Assembly: GCA_020348265.1 (NCBI GenBank)
Contig: CP070744.1
Span: forward strand, 4,993,559-5,057,558
Source of the DNA: Phycisphaerales bacterium
Lineage (GTDB): Bacteria > Planctomycetota > Phycisphaerae > UBA1845
Direction of reading: 5' to 3'
Length of the DNA stretch: 64,000 bases
The notes beneath the pieces were generated by a model. It searched no databases and was not told where the DNA came from. It was given only the letters and a program-made list of their open reading frames with translations. Position numbers and translations under genes: made by a program. Shown piece after piece: positions 17,021-25,848 of the stretch. How positions within the stretch are numbered: position 1 is the stretch's first letter; each line of letters begins with the position of its first letter.

Positions 17021-19131
17021 CGATTAGAATCGGCATCGACGTTGGCGGTACCTTCACGGACTTTCTTGTCCTTCGAGATGACAAAGATCCGCAGATCTTT
17101 AAGGTGCTTTCCACACCCGCCGATCCTTCTATCGGTCTGATCAACGGCCTTACCGAGATCGCCGCGAGCTTTGATCTTAAGCTCGGTGAGCTTGCTACTT
17201 CGATCGACACAATTGTCCACGGGACGACCGTTACGACGAATGCAGTGTTGACGCACGGCGGTGCCCGGACAGGTCTTTTGACCACGGAGGGTGTGCGTGA
17301 TGTTCTGCAGATGCGTCGGGGGATACGCGAGGAGCAATACAATAACCGCTATACAAACGTGCCTCCTCTTGTGCCGCGCTATCTGCGCCGGCCGATCAAG
17401 GGGCGATTGAACTACTGCGGTGAGACCCTGCGAGCGCTTGACGTTGAGGGTGCCCTTGAGGCAATTCGCGTGTTTAAGAGGGAAGGCATTGAGGCTGTCG
17501 CCATCTGCTTCATGAATTCCTTCGCGAATCCGCAACAGGAGAAAGAGGCGGCCGAGCTTGTCCGCACGGAGCTGCCTGGTGCGTACTTGACGGTATCCTC
17601 GGATTTCCTTCCCTCAATACGCTTCTATGATCGGGTCAGCTCAACAGTGCTTAATTCTTATGTGGGTCCCAAGCTCAGCTCTTACCTTGATCGTCTGCGG
17701 TTTCGTCTCAAGGAGATTGAATTCGGAGGGATACTGTTACTTATGCAGTCCAATGGGGGCGTGATGGCTCCTGGCGTGGCCAGGGATAGTCCAGCACGTA
17801 CGTTGCTCTCCGGCCCGGCTGCTGGACCGGGCGCCGGGCTTGGGTATGTCCGCCTGCATGGATATGAAGACTGTATAACTGTGGATATGGGCGGTACAAG
17901 CTTTGATGCGGCTCTGGTGCGCGACGGTAAACCTATCGTGGTCACCGACGGCGAGATCAACCGTTACCGAATTGCGCTCCCCATGTTGGATATTGTGACC
18001 ATTGGGGCAGGCGGGGGTAGTATAGGATGGATCGACGAAGGAGGGTTGTTGCGCCTTGGACCACAAAGCGCAGGAGCGGATCCCGGACCGGTATGTTATG
18101 GAAAGGGAGGAACGCTGCCGACGTGTACGGACGCGGATCTTATTCTGGGTTATCTTGACGCCGACTTTTTTGCGGGTGGTAAGATCAGGCTAAATAAGGA
18201 TGCTGCTGCCGGCGCAATCGAGGGACATATCGCACGACCACTGAACATGTCCGTCGAAGAGGCGGCGGCAGGTATGTATCGCGTGATCAATACGAATATG
18301 GCCCAGGGTGTTCGACAGATTACCGTCAAGCGCGGCTTCGATCCCAGGGAGTTTCCATTGGTGGCTGCGGGTGGCGCTGGACCGTTGCATTCATGTATGA
18401 TCTGCCACGAGTTGGAAATCCCCATGTTCATTGTGCCTCGGGAATCTTCTATCTTCTGTGCTGCCGGGATGTTGATGAGTGACCTTCAGCACGACTTCGT
18501 CCGCTCCTTTGTCTCTGTCTTCGAGCATATTGAGTGGGCACAGCTCAACGCGGTGATTAGCGAGATGATGCAGGAGGGCGCTGAGCTTCTCAGGCAGGAG
18601 AATATTCCCGAGGAAAGGCGACGGTTCGTACTGAACTTGGATTGTAGGTATCTGAAGCAGTACCATGAGGTTTCCTTCCCCGTGGCATTAGAGACGGTTC
18701 GTAGGGCGGATGCGACGAGCATTTCCGAGGCGTTTCACGCCGAACATTTGAAGATGTATGGCTACTCTCTGGAAGAGGAGAAGGCTCCCGTCGAACTGAT
18801 TAACGTTCGCCTGCGGGCTGTCGGGGACACAGAGAAGCCTACCTTTGCTGAGGAGGCGTGCGTTGGAGCGGATCCTGAAGATGCGTTGAAGGGCCGCCGC
18901 GCCGTCTACGTTCCGGAAGAGCGGACCTTGCAGGATGTCGCCGTGTATGACGGACACCGGACGCGCTGCGGACACAACATCCCTGGCCCCGCCATAATCG
19001 AACAGGTCAATACGACCCTGTTCATCAGTTCATCTTACGACTGTCTCTGCGACTGTTATGGCAGTTTCGTGACATATCGAAAAGGGCAGGAGGATCGTCT
19101 TCCCGTGACGTTGCAGGAGATGAAGGTATGA
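17017..19131 (+). CDS. hydantoinase/oxoprolinase family protein, A (beta) subunit-like (HyuA/AcxA/CapA-like)
   Basis: MTIRIGIDVGGTFTDF N-terminus (hydantoinase_A hallmark). ATGA start/stop overlap with iorB. Confidence 0.85.
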   Translation: MTIRIGIDVGGTFTDFLVLRDDKDPQIFKVLSTPADPSIGLINGLTEIAASFDLKLGELATSIDTIVHGTTVTTNAVLTHGGARTGLLTTEGVRDVLQMRRGIREEQYNNRYTNVPPLVPRYLRRPIKGRLNYCGETLRALDVEGALEAIRVFKREGIEAVAICFMNSFANPQQEKEAAELVRTELPGAYLTVSSDFLPSIRFYDRVSSTVLNSYVGPKLSSYLDRLRFRLKEIEFGGILLLMQSNGGVMAPGVARDSPARTLLSGPAAGPGAGLGYVRLHGYEDCITVDMGGTSFDAALVRDGKPIVVTDGEINRYRIALPMLDIVTIGAGGGSIGWIDEGGLLRLGPQSAGADPGPVCYGKGGTLPTCTDADLILGYLDADFFAGGKIRLNKDAAAGAIEGHIARPLNMSVEEAAAGMYRVINTNMAQGVRQITVKRGFDPREFPLVAAGGAGPLHSCMICHELEIPMFIVPRESSIFCAAGMLMSDLQHDFVRSFVSVFEHIEWAQLNAVISEMMQEGAELLRQENIPEERRRFVLNLDCRYLKQYHEVSFPVALETVRRADATSISEAFHAEHLKMYGYSLEEEKAPVELINVRLRAVGDTEKPTFAEEACVGADPEDALKGRRAVYVPEERTLQDVAVYDGHRTRCGHNIPGPAIIEQVNTTLFISSSYDCLCDCYGSFVTYRKGQEDRLPVTLQEMKV

Positions 19132-20864
19132 GCGAAGTTGATCCGATCTTGTTGTCCGTATATGCACGTTCCTTCAAGTCCACCACGGATGAGATGAGTA
19201 TTTCGCTTCAGAAGACCACACGCTCACCTATTCTCTGCGAGGCAAAGGATTTTGTTACCGGTATTTACGACGCAGAGGGGAATATACTCGAGCAGACGGA
19301 AAACCTTCCTATACTGTCGTTTTCTCTCGGGCCGGTATGCAAGTATATTGTCGATTACTTTGGGGATAAGATCTACCCAGGCGACGTAATCTTCCATAAC
19401 GACGTTTTCAGCATGGGCAATCAAAACAACGACGTCGCCGTGTACAAGCCGATCTTCCTCGATGACAGGGTGGTGGCATGGTCGGCCTGCAAGGGACACC
19501 AGGCGGACATCGGTGGTGCGGTTGCCGGTGGTTACAACCCCAATGCTACGGAAGTGTGGCAGGAGGCGCTGCGCATTCCACCGGTGAAAGTATGTGAGAG
19601 AGGCGAGTTGCGCAAGGATGTATGGGATCTGATCTTCGCCAATATCCGCTTCGACATTGTGCAGCACGACCTGCGGGCGCAGATGGGTTCATGTGTGGTG
19701 GGGGAAAGGTGCATCCTGCGCCTGCTCGAGAAGTATGGACTGGAGTGCTTCGAGACGCACAAGAAAGCACTCTTCGAGGCGACTCGGCGTATGATGGAGG
19801 CTGAGATCGGAACGATCCCTAACGGTGAATACCGTGGGGAGTCAACGATTTACTTTGACGGGCGCAATCAGGACAGGCATTATCAAATCCGTGTGAAGAT
19901 CACAGTTGAAGACAGGCACATTAAGTTTGACTACACGGGTACCGATGCCCAGTCGAATGCTTTCGTAAACGGCACGTATACGTCGAGCGCGTCGGCCACC
20001 ATACTGACATTCCTTCAGATGGTTAACCCTGACATCCCCCATAATCAGGGAATGGTGGAGCCGATCGAGATTATTATTCCTGAGGGGACGATTCTGAATG
20101 CGGCATTTCCGGCTGCTACAACGTATGGGAATCATCTGTGCCCACCCAATGCGGATGCGATCGCCAGGGCTCTGGCTCCTGTGGTTCCCGATCGAGTGAC
20201 GGCAGGTTGGAATCACTTGCTCTGTTCGTTGACGACCGGAGTCGATCCGCGGAAAGACGACAAGTACGTGGACATTTGCTTTATGGGACTCAAAGGCGGG
20301 TCGGGGGCCTTGAACGGCGTGGATGGGTACGATCACATCGGCATGATCGACGCATCCGGGGGTTTGCTCGATCAAGACTATGAGATGTTCGAGCAACAGA
20401 CCCCGCATGTCTTGGTGAAGCATGAGTACCTATGCGACTCAGCCGGTGCGGGACAGTGGCGTGGTGGTCTGGGCGTCGAGACGATCTTCGAAATAGGCTC
20501 AGATAATACTCAGCTTGTGATCTTCGGCGACGGCGACGTTGAACCGGCGTTTGGACTTCTCGGCGGCGGCAAGGGCAGCCTTAACTCGATTTCGGTGCGC
20601 TATCCGGATGGGAGGGAGCACACACCATTGCCTCTGGATCTGCTCACCGGCGTACCCAAAGGAACCGTTTATCATCAGGTAGCCGGCGGTGGCGGCGGGT
20701 ATGGCGATCCGCATAAGCGCCGCAAGAATGAGGTCTTTGAGGAGGTGCGCAACGAGGTAATCTCGGTGGAAGCTGCGCGGGATGTATATGGTGTAGCTGT
20801 GGATCGTCAGATACTTGAGATCGACCAGGCTGCAACGAGTTTACTTAGGAACGGAGGAGGTTAG
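19128..20864 (+). CDS. hydantoinase/oxoprolinase family protein, B (alpha) subunit-like (HyuB-like)
   Basis: 578 aa, hydantoinase_B-like. ATGA overlap with the upstream A-subunit gene. Confidence 0.85.
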   Translation: MSEVDPILLSVYARSFKSTTDEMSISLQKTTRSPILCEAKDFVTGIYDAEGNILEQTENLPILSFSLGPVCKYIVDYFGDKIYPGDVIFHNDVFSMGNQNNDVAVYKPIFLDDRVVAWSACKGHQADIGGAVAGGYNPNATEVWQEALRIPPVKVCERGELRKDVWDLIFANIRFDIVQHDLRAQMGSCVVGERCILRLLEKYGLECFETHKKALFEATRRMMEAEIGTIPNGEYRGESTIYFDGRNQDRHYQIRVKITVEDRHIKFDYTGTDAQSNAFVNGTYTSSASATILTFLQMVNPDIPHNQGMVEPIEIIIPEGTILNAAFPAATTYGNHLCPPNADAIARALAPVVPDRVTAGWNHLLCSLTTGVDPRKDDKYVDICFMGLKGGSGALNGVDGYDHIGMIDASGGLLDQDYEMFEQQTPHVLVKHEYLCDSAGAGQWRGGLGVETIFEIGSDNTQLVIFGDGDVEPAFGLLGGGKGSLNSISVRYPDGREHTPLPLDLLTGVPKGTVYHQVAGGGGGYGDPHKRRKNEVFEEVRNEVISVEAARDVYGVAVDRQILEIDQAATSLLRNGGG

Positions 20865-20912
20865 TACGTAGCCAGAGGCACTTTGGGTTGCTGTCCAGGT
20901 GAGGATAGGTAA

Positions 20913-22043
20913 ATGAACTTCGAGTTGTCCGAAGAGCAGCGAATGGTGCGGGACACTTTTGTACGAGTGTGTGACGAAAGGATCAAACCTGCTGCTGCCC
21001 AGATTGACGAGGCCCACGAGTTTCCCCGCGATTTATTTACTGAACTGGGCAAACTGGGGCTGTTCGGTTTGCGCTATCCCGAATTACTCGGTGGTTCGGA
21101 TCTCGGGTTTACCGCAAGCTGTATAGCCATAAGTGAGGTCGCACGGGGTTCGATGTCGCTCGCAGCCGCGGCGACGATGCAGTCTCTGATGGCCACGGAT
21201 TTCCTCCATCGATACGGTAATGAGGACATTCACCGACGTCTGCTGGTTCCTGCGATCCAAGGCGAGAAAATCGGAGCGATCTGTATCACCGAACCTGACG
21301 CGGGTAGTGATCTGTCGTCAATTTCCACGTCCGCAGAGATAATCGATGGAGGCTATCGCCTGAATGGACAGAAGACGTGGATTACCGGAGCTCCTGTGGC
21401 GGATTTTTTTACCGTGTTTGCCCGGACCGGCGAGCAAAGCCAGCTAACCGTATTTCTGGTTGAGCGTGACTTTCCCGGTCTCGCAATAGGCAGGGCGATT
21501 GAGAAGATTGGATGTTGGGCGTTGCCTACTTCAGAGGTATTCTTCGACAACTGCTTCGTACCCACTGATTACCGTTTGGGTGAGGAAGGCGAAGGTGAGA
21601 AGAGCCTGCGCAGGATTCTCAATGAGATCCGCACGATAACTGGAGCGCTGGCTATAGGCTGTGGTCGTGGGGCACTTGAGGAGGCCATTCAATATGCGGC
21701 GGAAAGGAAGCAGTTTGGCAAGTTGATTAACCGTTTCCAGGCTATACAACTCAAGCTGGCCGAGATGGGCACTGCTCTGGAGGCCGCCATCCACCTCGTA
21801 CATTATGCTGCTTGGTTGAACGAGAATGAGAGACCTTGTACGCGTGAAGCGGCAATGGCCAAGCTCTTTGCCACCGAATGCGCCGTGGACATCTGCGACA
21901 AGGCCACGCGCATCCTGGGGTCGTACGGCTATGCCACGGAATTCGCAGCTCAGCGACACTTTCGGGATATCCGTTTCACGCTCTATGGTGGTGGGACCAG
22001 CGAGATTCTCAAACTTCTGATCGCCAGGGATATGACTGCGTGA
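20913..22043 (+). CDS. acyl-CoA dehydrogenase family protein
   Basis: ACAD N-, middle and C-domains (GAICITEPDAGSDL, QKTWITGA). The C-terminal motif reads LYGGGTSEI instead of the canonical YEGT. Confidence 0.85.
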   Translation: MNFELSEEQRMVRDTFVRVCDERIKPAAAQIDEAHEFPRDLFTELGKLGLFGLRYPELLGGSDLGFTASCIAISEVARGSMSLAAAATMQSLMATDFLHRYGNEDIHRRLLVPAIQGEKIGAICITEPDAGSDLSSISTSAEIIDGGYRLNGQKTWITGAPVADFFTVFARTGEQSQLTVFLVERDFPGLAIGRAIEKIGCWALPTSEVFFDNCFVPTDYRLGEEGEGEKSLRRILNEIRTITGALAIGCGRGALEEAIQYAAERKQFGKLINRFQAIQLKLAEMGTALEAAIHLVHYAAWLNENERPCTREAAMAKLFATECAVDICDKATRILGSYGYATEFAAQRHFRDIRFTLYGGGTSEILKLLIARDMTA

Positions 22044-22087
22044 GCCCTTACAGTGCGTCCGGGGTGTGCAAACAAGGAGGCAAGGTG

Positions 22088-22486
22088 ATGTCGCGAGAAA
22101 AGAGGGTGCGGGTACTTGTTGCAAAACCCGGATTAGATGGGCATGACGTAGGGGCTAAGGCCGTCGCCCGCACCTTGATGGATGCCGGCTTCGAAGTTGT
22201 CTATACCGGACTGAAAAAGTCCCCCGAGGAAATAGTTCTGCGGGCACGCGAAGAGAAGGTGGATGTACTTGGCCTGTCTATACTATCCGGCTCACACATT
22301 CCCATCTGCCAACAGATAAAGAACCTGCTGGATAAACACGAGGTGCCTCCTTTGCTATGGATCGTAGGTGGCAACATTCCACTCCAGGATCACGATGAAC
22401 TCAGGCGGATTGGAGTCGATGGCGTCTTCGCAGTTGGATCGTCTCTTCAGGAAATCATCGACTTCATCAACGAGAGAATATCATGA
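22088..22486 (+). CDS. B12-binding subunit of a methylmalonyl-CoA-mutase-family acyl-CoA mutase (small subunit)
   Basis: RVLVAKPGLDGHDVGAKAVARTLMDAGFEVVYTG (the DxHxxG cobalamin-binding motif). The track ORF is over-extended upstream to 21878. Confidence 0.8.
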   Translation: MSREKRVRVLVAKPGLDGHDVGAKAVARTLMDAGFEVVYTGLKKSPEEIVLRAREEKVDVLGLSILSGSHIPICQQIKNLLDKHEVPPLLWIVGGNIPLQDHDELRRIGVDGVFAVGSSLQEIIDFINERIS

Positions 22487-24093
22487 AATGGGAAGAGAGG
22501 TCTGAAGTTAGACCCGTGTTCAACGAGTCCGGGCTTGAAATCAAGCCGGTCTATTCGCCCGAGGATGTTGAGGAATCCGGGGGATGGAATAGCATCGGCT
22601 CTCCAGGGGAATTCCCCTTCACACGCGGAATTCATAAAGAAATGTATCGGAAACGCCCCTGGACCATGCGCCAGTATGCGGGTTTCGGCAAACCGGAGGA
22701 AACTAACGAGCGTTTTCGCTATCTCATAGCCAATGGGCAGACGGGTCTGAATGTGGCTTTCGATCTACCGACCCAGAGTGGGTTGGATTCGGATGACCCT
22801 GCCGCCCAGGGTGAGGTGGGCCGAGTGGGCATGGCTGTTGATACGCTCAAGGATTTCGAGATTGCATTCGACGGCATCGATCTCGATAAGATAACCGTGT
22901 CTCTGACGATTAACGGGGCCGCGGTTACTCTGATTGCCATGTACTTCGCCATGGCCAAGAAGCGCGGGTATGACATAAGCAAGCTGCGCGGGACCGCCCA
23001 GAACGATATTCTCAAGGAATTCGTTGGCCGGGGAACATGGGTCTTCCCGGTGGAACCTTCAATCAAACTTGTCGGTGACACCATCCTCTACTGTGCGGAG
23101 AATGCTCCTCTGTACAGCCCGGTCAGCGTTTGTGGTTACCATATTCGCGAATCAGGGGCCAATCCGATCCAAGAGATGGCTTATGCATTCTGCATTGCCA
23201 AAGCATACATTGACCACGTGCTTGAAAGAGGAATGGAGATTGACGAGTTTGCCTCGCGCCTCTCATTCAACTTCGACATTCATGGGAATATATTCGAACA
23301 GGTGGCCAAGTTTCGCGCAGGCAGGCGACTGTGGGCCAAGATCCTCAAGACGGACTATGGAACGCAGAATCCCAAGTCGATGTGGTTACGAATGATTGCG
23401 GGCGGCGGCGGCGGCGGCCTGACTATCGAGCAGCCCGAGAATAACATAATCCGAACGGCTTATTATGCGCTGGTCAGTGCTTTGTCGGGCACACAGACGA
23501 TGGCGCTGTGCTGCTACGACGAAGCATACACCATTCCCTCGGAGAAGGCCGCCCGTGTAGCGCTAAGAACAATGCAGATTCTCGTCGAAGAGATGGGATT
23601 GTGTGACACCGTGGATCCCCTGGCTGGATCATACTACATCGAGACGTTGACCAACCAAATGGAGGAGAAGATCCGCGCTCTTATGAAGGAGGTTGATGCA
23701 CAAGGAGGTATCGTAAAGGCCATCGCTGAGGGACATATACAGAACACCGTCTCCAAGCAGGCATTCGAGAACCTGCGGAAACTTCAAAGCGGTGAAACGC
23801 GCAAGGTGGGTGTCAACTGCTATCGAATCGAGGAAGAGCAGCAGGCTGTCGAGTTTCATCGATTCAAGGAGGAGGATTGCGCGGAGCAGATTGCCCGATT
23901 GAATAAGGCACGATCCGAACGGGATAGCGCGAGAGTGGGCAACGCATTGGCGACCGTATTGGATGAAGCCAAAGCGGGGCGCAACGTAATGCCTGCGATT
24001 ATCAATGCAGTGGAGGCTTATGCGACGGTCGGCGAGATCACTCAGTGCCTGGTGGATGTATACGGCCGGTATGAAGAGCCGGTACGTTTCTGA
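22483..24093 (+). CDS. methylmalonyl-CoA-mutase-family catalytic (substrate-binding TIM-barrel) subunit
   Basis: FPFTRGIHKEMYRKRPWTMRQYAGFG...NERFRYLIANGQTGLNVAFDLPTQ; 536 aa. ATGA overlap with the B12-subunit gene. Confidence 0.85.
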   Translation: MKWEERSEVRPVFNESGLEIKPVYSPEDVEESGGWNSIGSPGEFPFTRGIHKEMYRKRPWTMRQYAGFGKPEETNERFRYLIANGQTGLNVAFDLPTQSGLDSDDPAAQGEVGRVGMAVDTLKDFEIAFDGIDLDKITVSLTINGAAVTLIAMYFAMAKKRGYDISKLRGTAQNDILKEFVGRGTWVFPVEPSIKLVGDTILYCAENAPLYSPVSVCGYHIRESGANPIQEMAYAFCIAKAYIDHVLERGMEIDEFASRLSFNFDIHGNIFEQVAKFRAGRRLWAKILKTDYGTQNPKSMWLRMIAGGGGGGLTIEQPENNIIRTAYYALVSALSGTQTMALCCYDEAYTIPSEKAARVALRTMQILVEEMGLCDTVDPLAGSYYIETLTNQMEEKIRALMKEVDAQGGIVKAIAEGHIQNTVSKQAFENLRKLQSGETRKVGVNCYRIEEEQQAVEFHRFKEEDCAEQIARLNKARSERDSARVGNALATVLDEAKAGRNVMPAIINAVEAYATVGEITQCLVDVYGRYEEPVRF

Positions 24094-24169
24094 TCGGCTG
24101 CCTCTCATCTGCGAAGAAGACGCCGTGCCATTTAGCAGCTTGTTGAACAAGTTGCTTGTTGTGATCCAA

Positions 24170-24237
24170 GTGTAGCGCCACCCCTTGTGGGTGGCGTCTT
24201 TCGAGGCTTCACGTCGTCCACGAGGGGCGGCGCTACA
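24170..24237. repeat. palindromic repeat element, copy B
   Basis: GTGTAGCGCCACCCCTTGTGGGTGGCG (24170-24196)...GTCCACGAGGGGCGGCGCTACA (~24216-24237). It lies between the mutase stop and the M32 peptidase start, inside the 5' leader of the latter. Confidence 0.55.
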
Positions 24238-24294
24238 TTATTCAACAGGCTGTCAGACCACGACGGCACACTCAACAAGGACAAGGATAAGGGA

Positions 24295-25791
24295 ATGACG
24301 GACGCATATACAAAGCTCATGGAGCGGGTCAAGGATATTGGTCGATTGTCGTGTGTCGAACAACTCCTGGATTGGGATCAGCAGGTCTACATGCCCTCGG
24401 GCGGTGCGAACGCACGGGCGGAGCTGTCAGCTCTGATCGCGGGGATGGCGCACGAGAAACTAGTTGCCGACGAAACCGGCACGCTGCTCGGTGATGTTCA
24501 AACCGTGGAAGGCGACTTTGTCGTAGAGACGAATATGCGCGAGACACGGCGAGCATTTGAGCGGGCGTCGAAGGTGCCGACAGAGCTGGTGAAGGAGATC
24601 GCTTACACCAGTGCGCTGACCAAAGAAGCATGGGCGAAAGCACGCGAGGAATCTGATTTCGGGAAGTTCGCCCCGCACCTCGAGAAGCTGCTCGATCTGA
24701 AGAAGCAGGTCGCAGAACACATTGGGTACGAGACGGAAGCATACGATGCACTGATGGATGAATTCGAGCCGGGGGCAGAGGCTGCAGAGATTGAGAACGT
24801 CTTCTCGAACCTGCGCAGCGCTACCGTCGCACTTCTGGAGAGGCTCGGTAGTTCAACGACCAAACCCGACCGATCCATTCTCACGCGTCACTTTCCACGG
24901 GCTCAGCAGGAGGTTCTGTCACGACGAATGAGCGAGTCGCTCGGCTTTGACTACAAGTCGGGTCGCATAGACGTTACGGTGCACCCATTCTGTACAACAA
25001 TCGGCGGCCCAAGTGATATCCGCATTACCACACGGTATATGGAAAACTTCCTCTCAGGTGCCCTTTTCGGGACGCTCCATGAGACCGGCCACGCACTGTA
25101 CGAGCAGGGTCTGCCTGCTGAACACCTCTTCACGCCGATGGGGCAATACGTTTCATTGGGGATACACGAATCGCAGTCGAGGATGTGGGAAAACCTTGTC
25201 GGTCGAAGCCGGCCGTTTTGGCAGTGTCACTGGGAACAGGTCAAAGCCATGTTTCCCGAGGCGCTGGGCGATGTGTCGCTCGACGAGTTCTACGGTGCGA
25301 TCAACGCAGTAAGGCCGTCGTTCATCCGCGTCGAGGCTGATGAGCTTACCTATAACATGCACATCATCCTCCGGTTCGAGATCGAACGTGCGCTGTTCAC
25401 GGGTGAGCTTGCCGTTGTGGATATCCCCGCAGCTTGGAACGATAAGATGCAGGAGTTGTTGGGGGTCACGCCACCCAACGATCGCGAGGGCTGCCTGCAG
25501 GATATCCACTGGTCTATGGGCATCTTCGGTTATTTCCCGACTTACGCGCTGGGCAACCTTTACGCCGCGCAGTTCTTTGCGAAGGCCAAAGAGGATATCC
25601 CTGATCTGTTCGAGAGAATCGCCGGGAATGATCACACTCCGTTGCTTGACTGGCTCCGGGCCAACATCCACCAACACGGCCGGCGCTACCGAGCGAATGA
25701 ACTAGTCGAAGTCGTCACGGGTAAACCGTTATCCATCGCGCCGTTTGTGGACTACGCCACCGAGAAGTTCTCTGCGATCTACGGCGTGTAG
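24295..25791 (+). CDS. carboxypeptidase Taq-like metallopeptidase (family M32)
   Basis: HETGHALYEQG zinc motif, ~500 aa, and overall M32-like. The track ORF start at 24187 spans the repeat; the Met at 24295 is preferred. Confidence 0.85.
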   Translation: MTDAYTKLMERVKDIGRLSCVEQLLDWDQQVYMPSGGANARAELSALIAGMAHEKLVADETGTLLGDVQTVEGDFVVETNMRETRRAFERASKVPTELVKEIAYTSALTKEAWAKAREESDFGKFAPHLEKLLDLKKQVAEHIGYETEAYDALMDEFEPGAEAAEIENVFSNLRSATVALLERLGSSTTKPDRSILTRHFPRAQQEVLSRRMSESLGFDYKSGRIDVTVHPFCTTIGGPSDIRITTRYMENFLSGALFGTLHETGHALYEQGLPAEHLFTPMGQYVSLGIHESQSRMWENLVGRSRPFWQCHWEQVKAMFPEALGDVSLDEFYGAINAVRPSFIRVEADELTYNMHIILRFEIERALFTGELAVVDIPAAWNDKMQELLGVTPPNDREGCLQDIHWSMGIFGYFPTYALGNLYAAQFFAKAKEDIPDLFERIAGNDHTPLLDWLRANIHQHGRRYRANELVEVVTGKPLSIAPFVDYATEKFSAIYGV

Positions 25792-25848
25792 CCGCTACAC
25801 GTACTGCTGCTTAGCCGCACAGGGGCAGGGAAACCGGGAGTGGTTGAT

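Noticed and set aside
24137-24157. Near-palindrome AGCTTGTTgAACAAGTTGCT downstream of the mutase gene as a terminator
   Set aside because: A 1-nt loop cannot form a hairpin. It may be a protein-binding site, but there is no U-tract and no supporting evidence. It is noted only.
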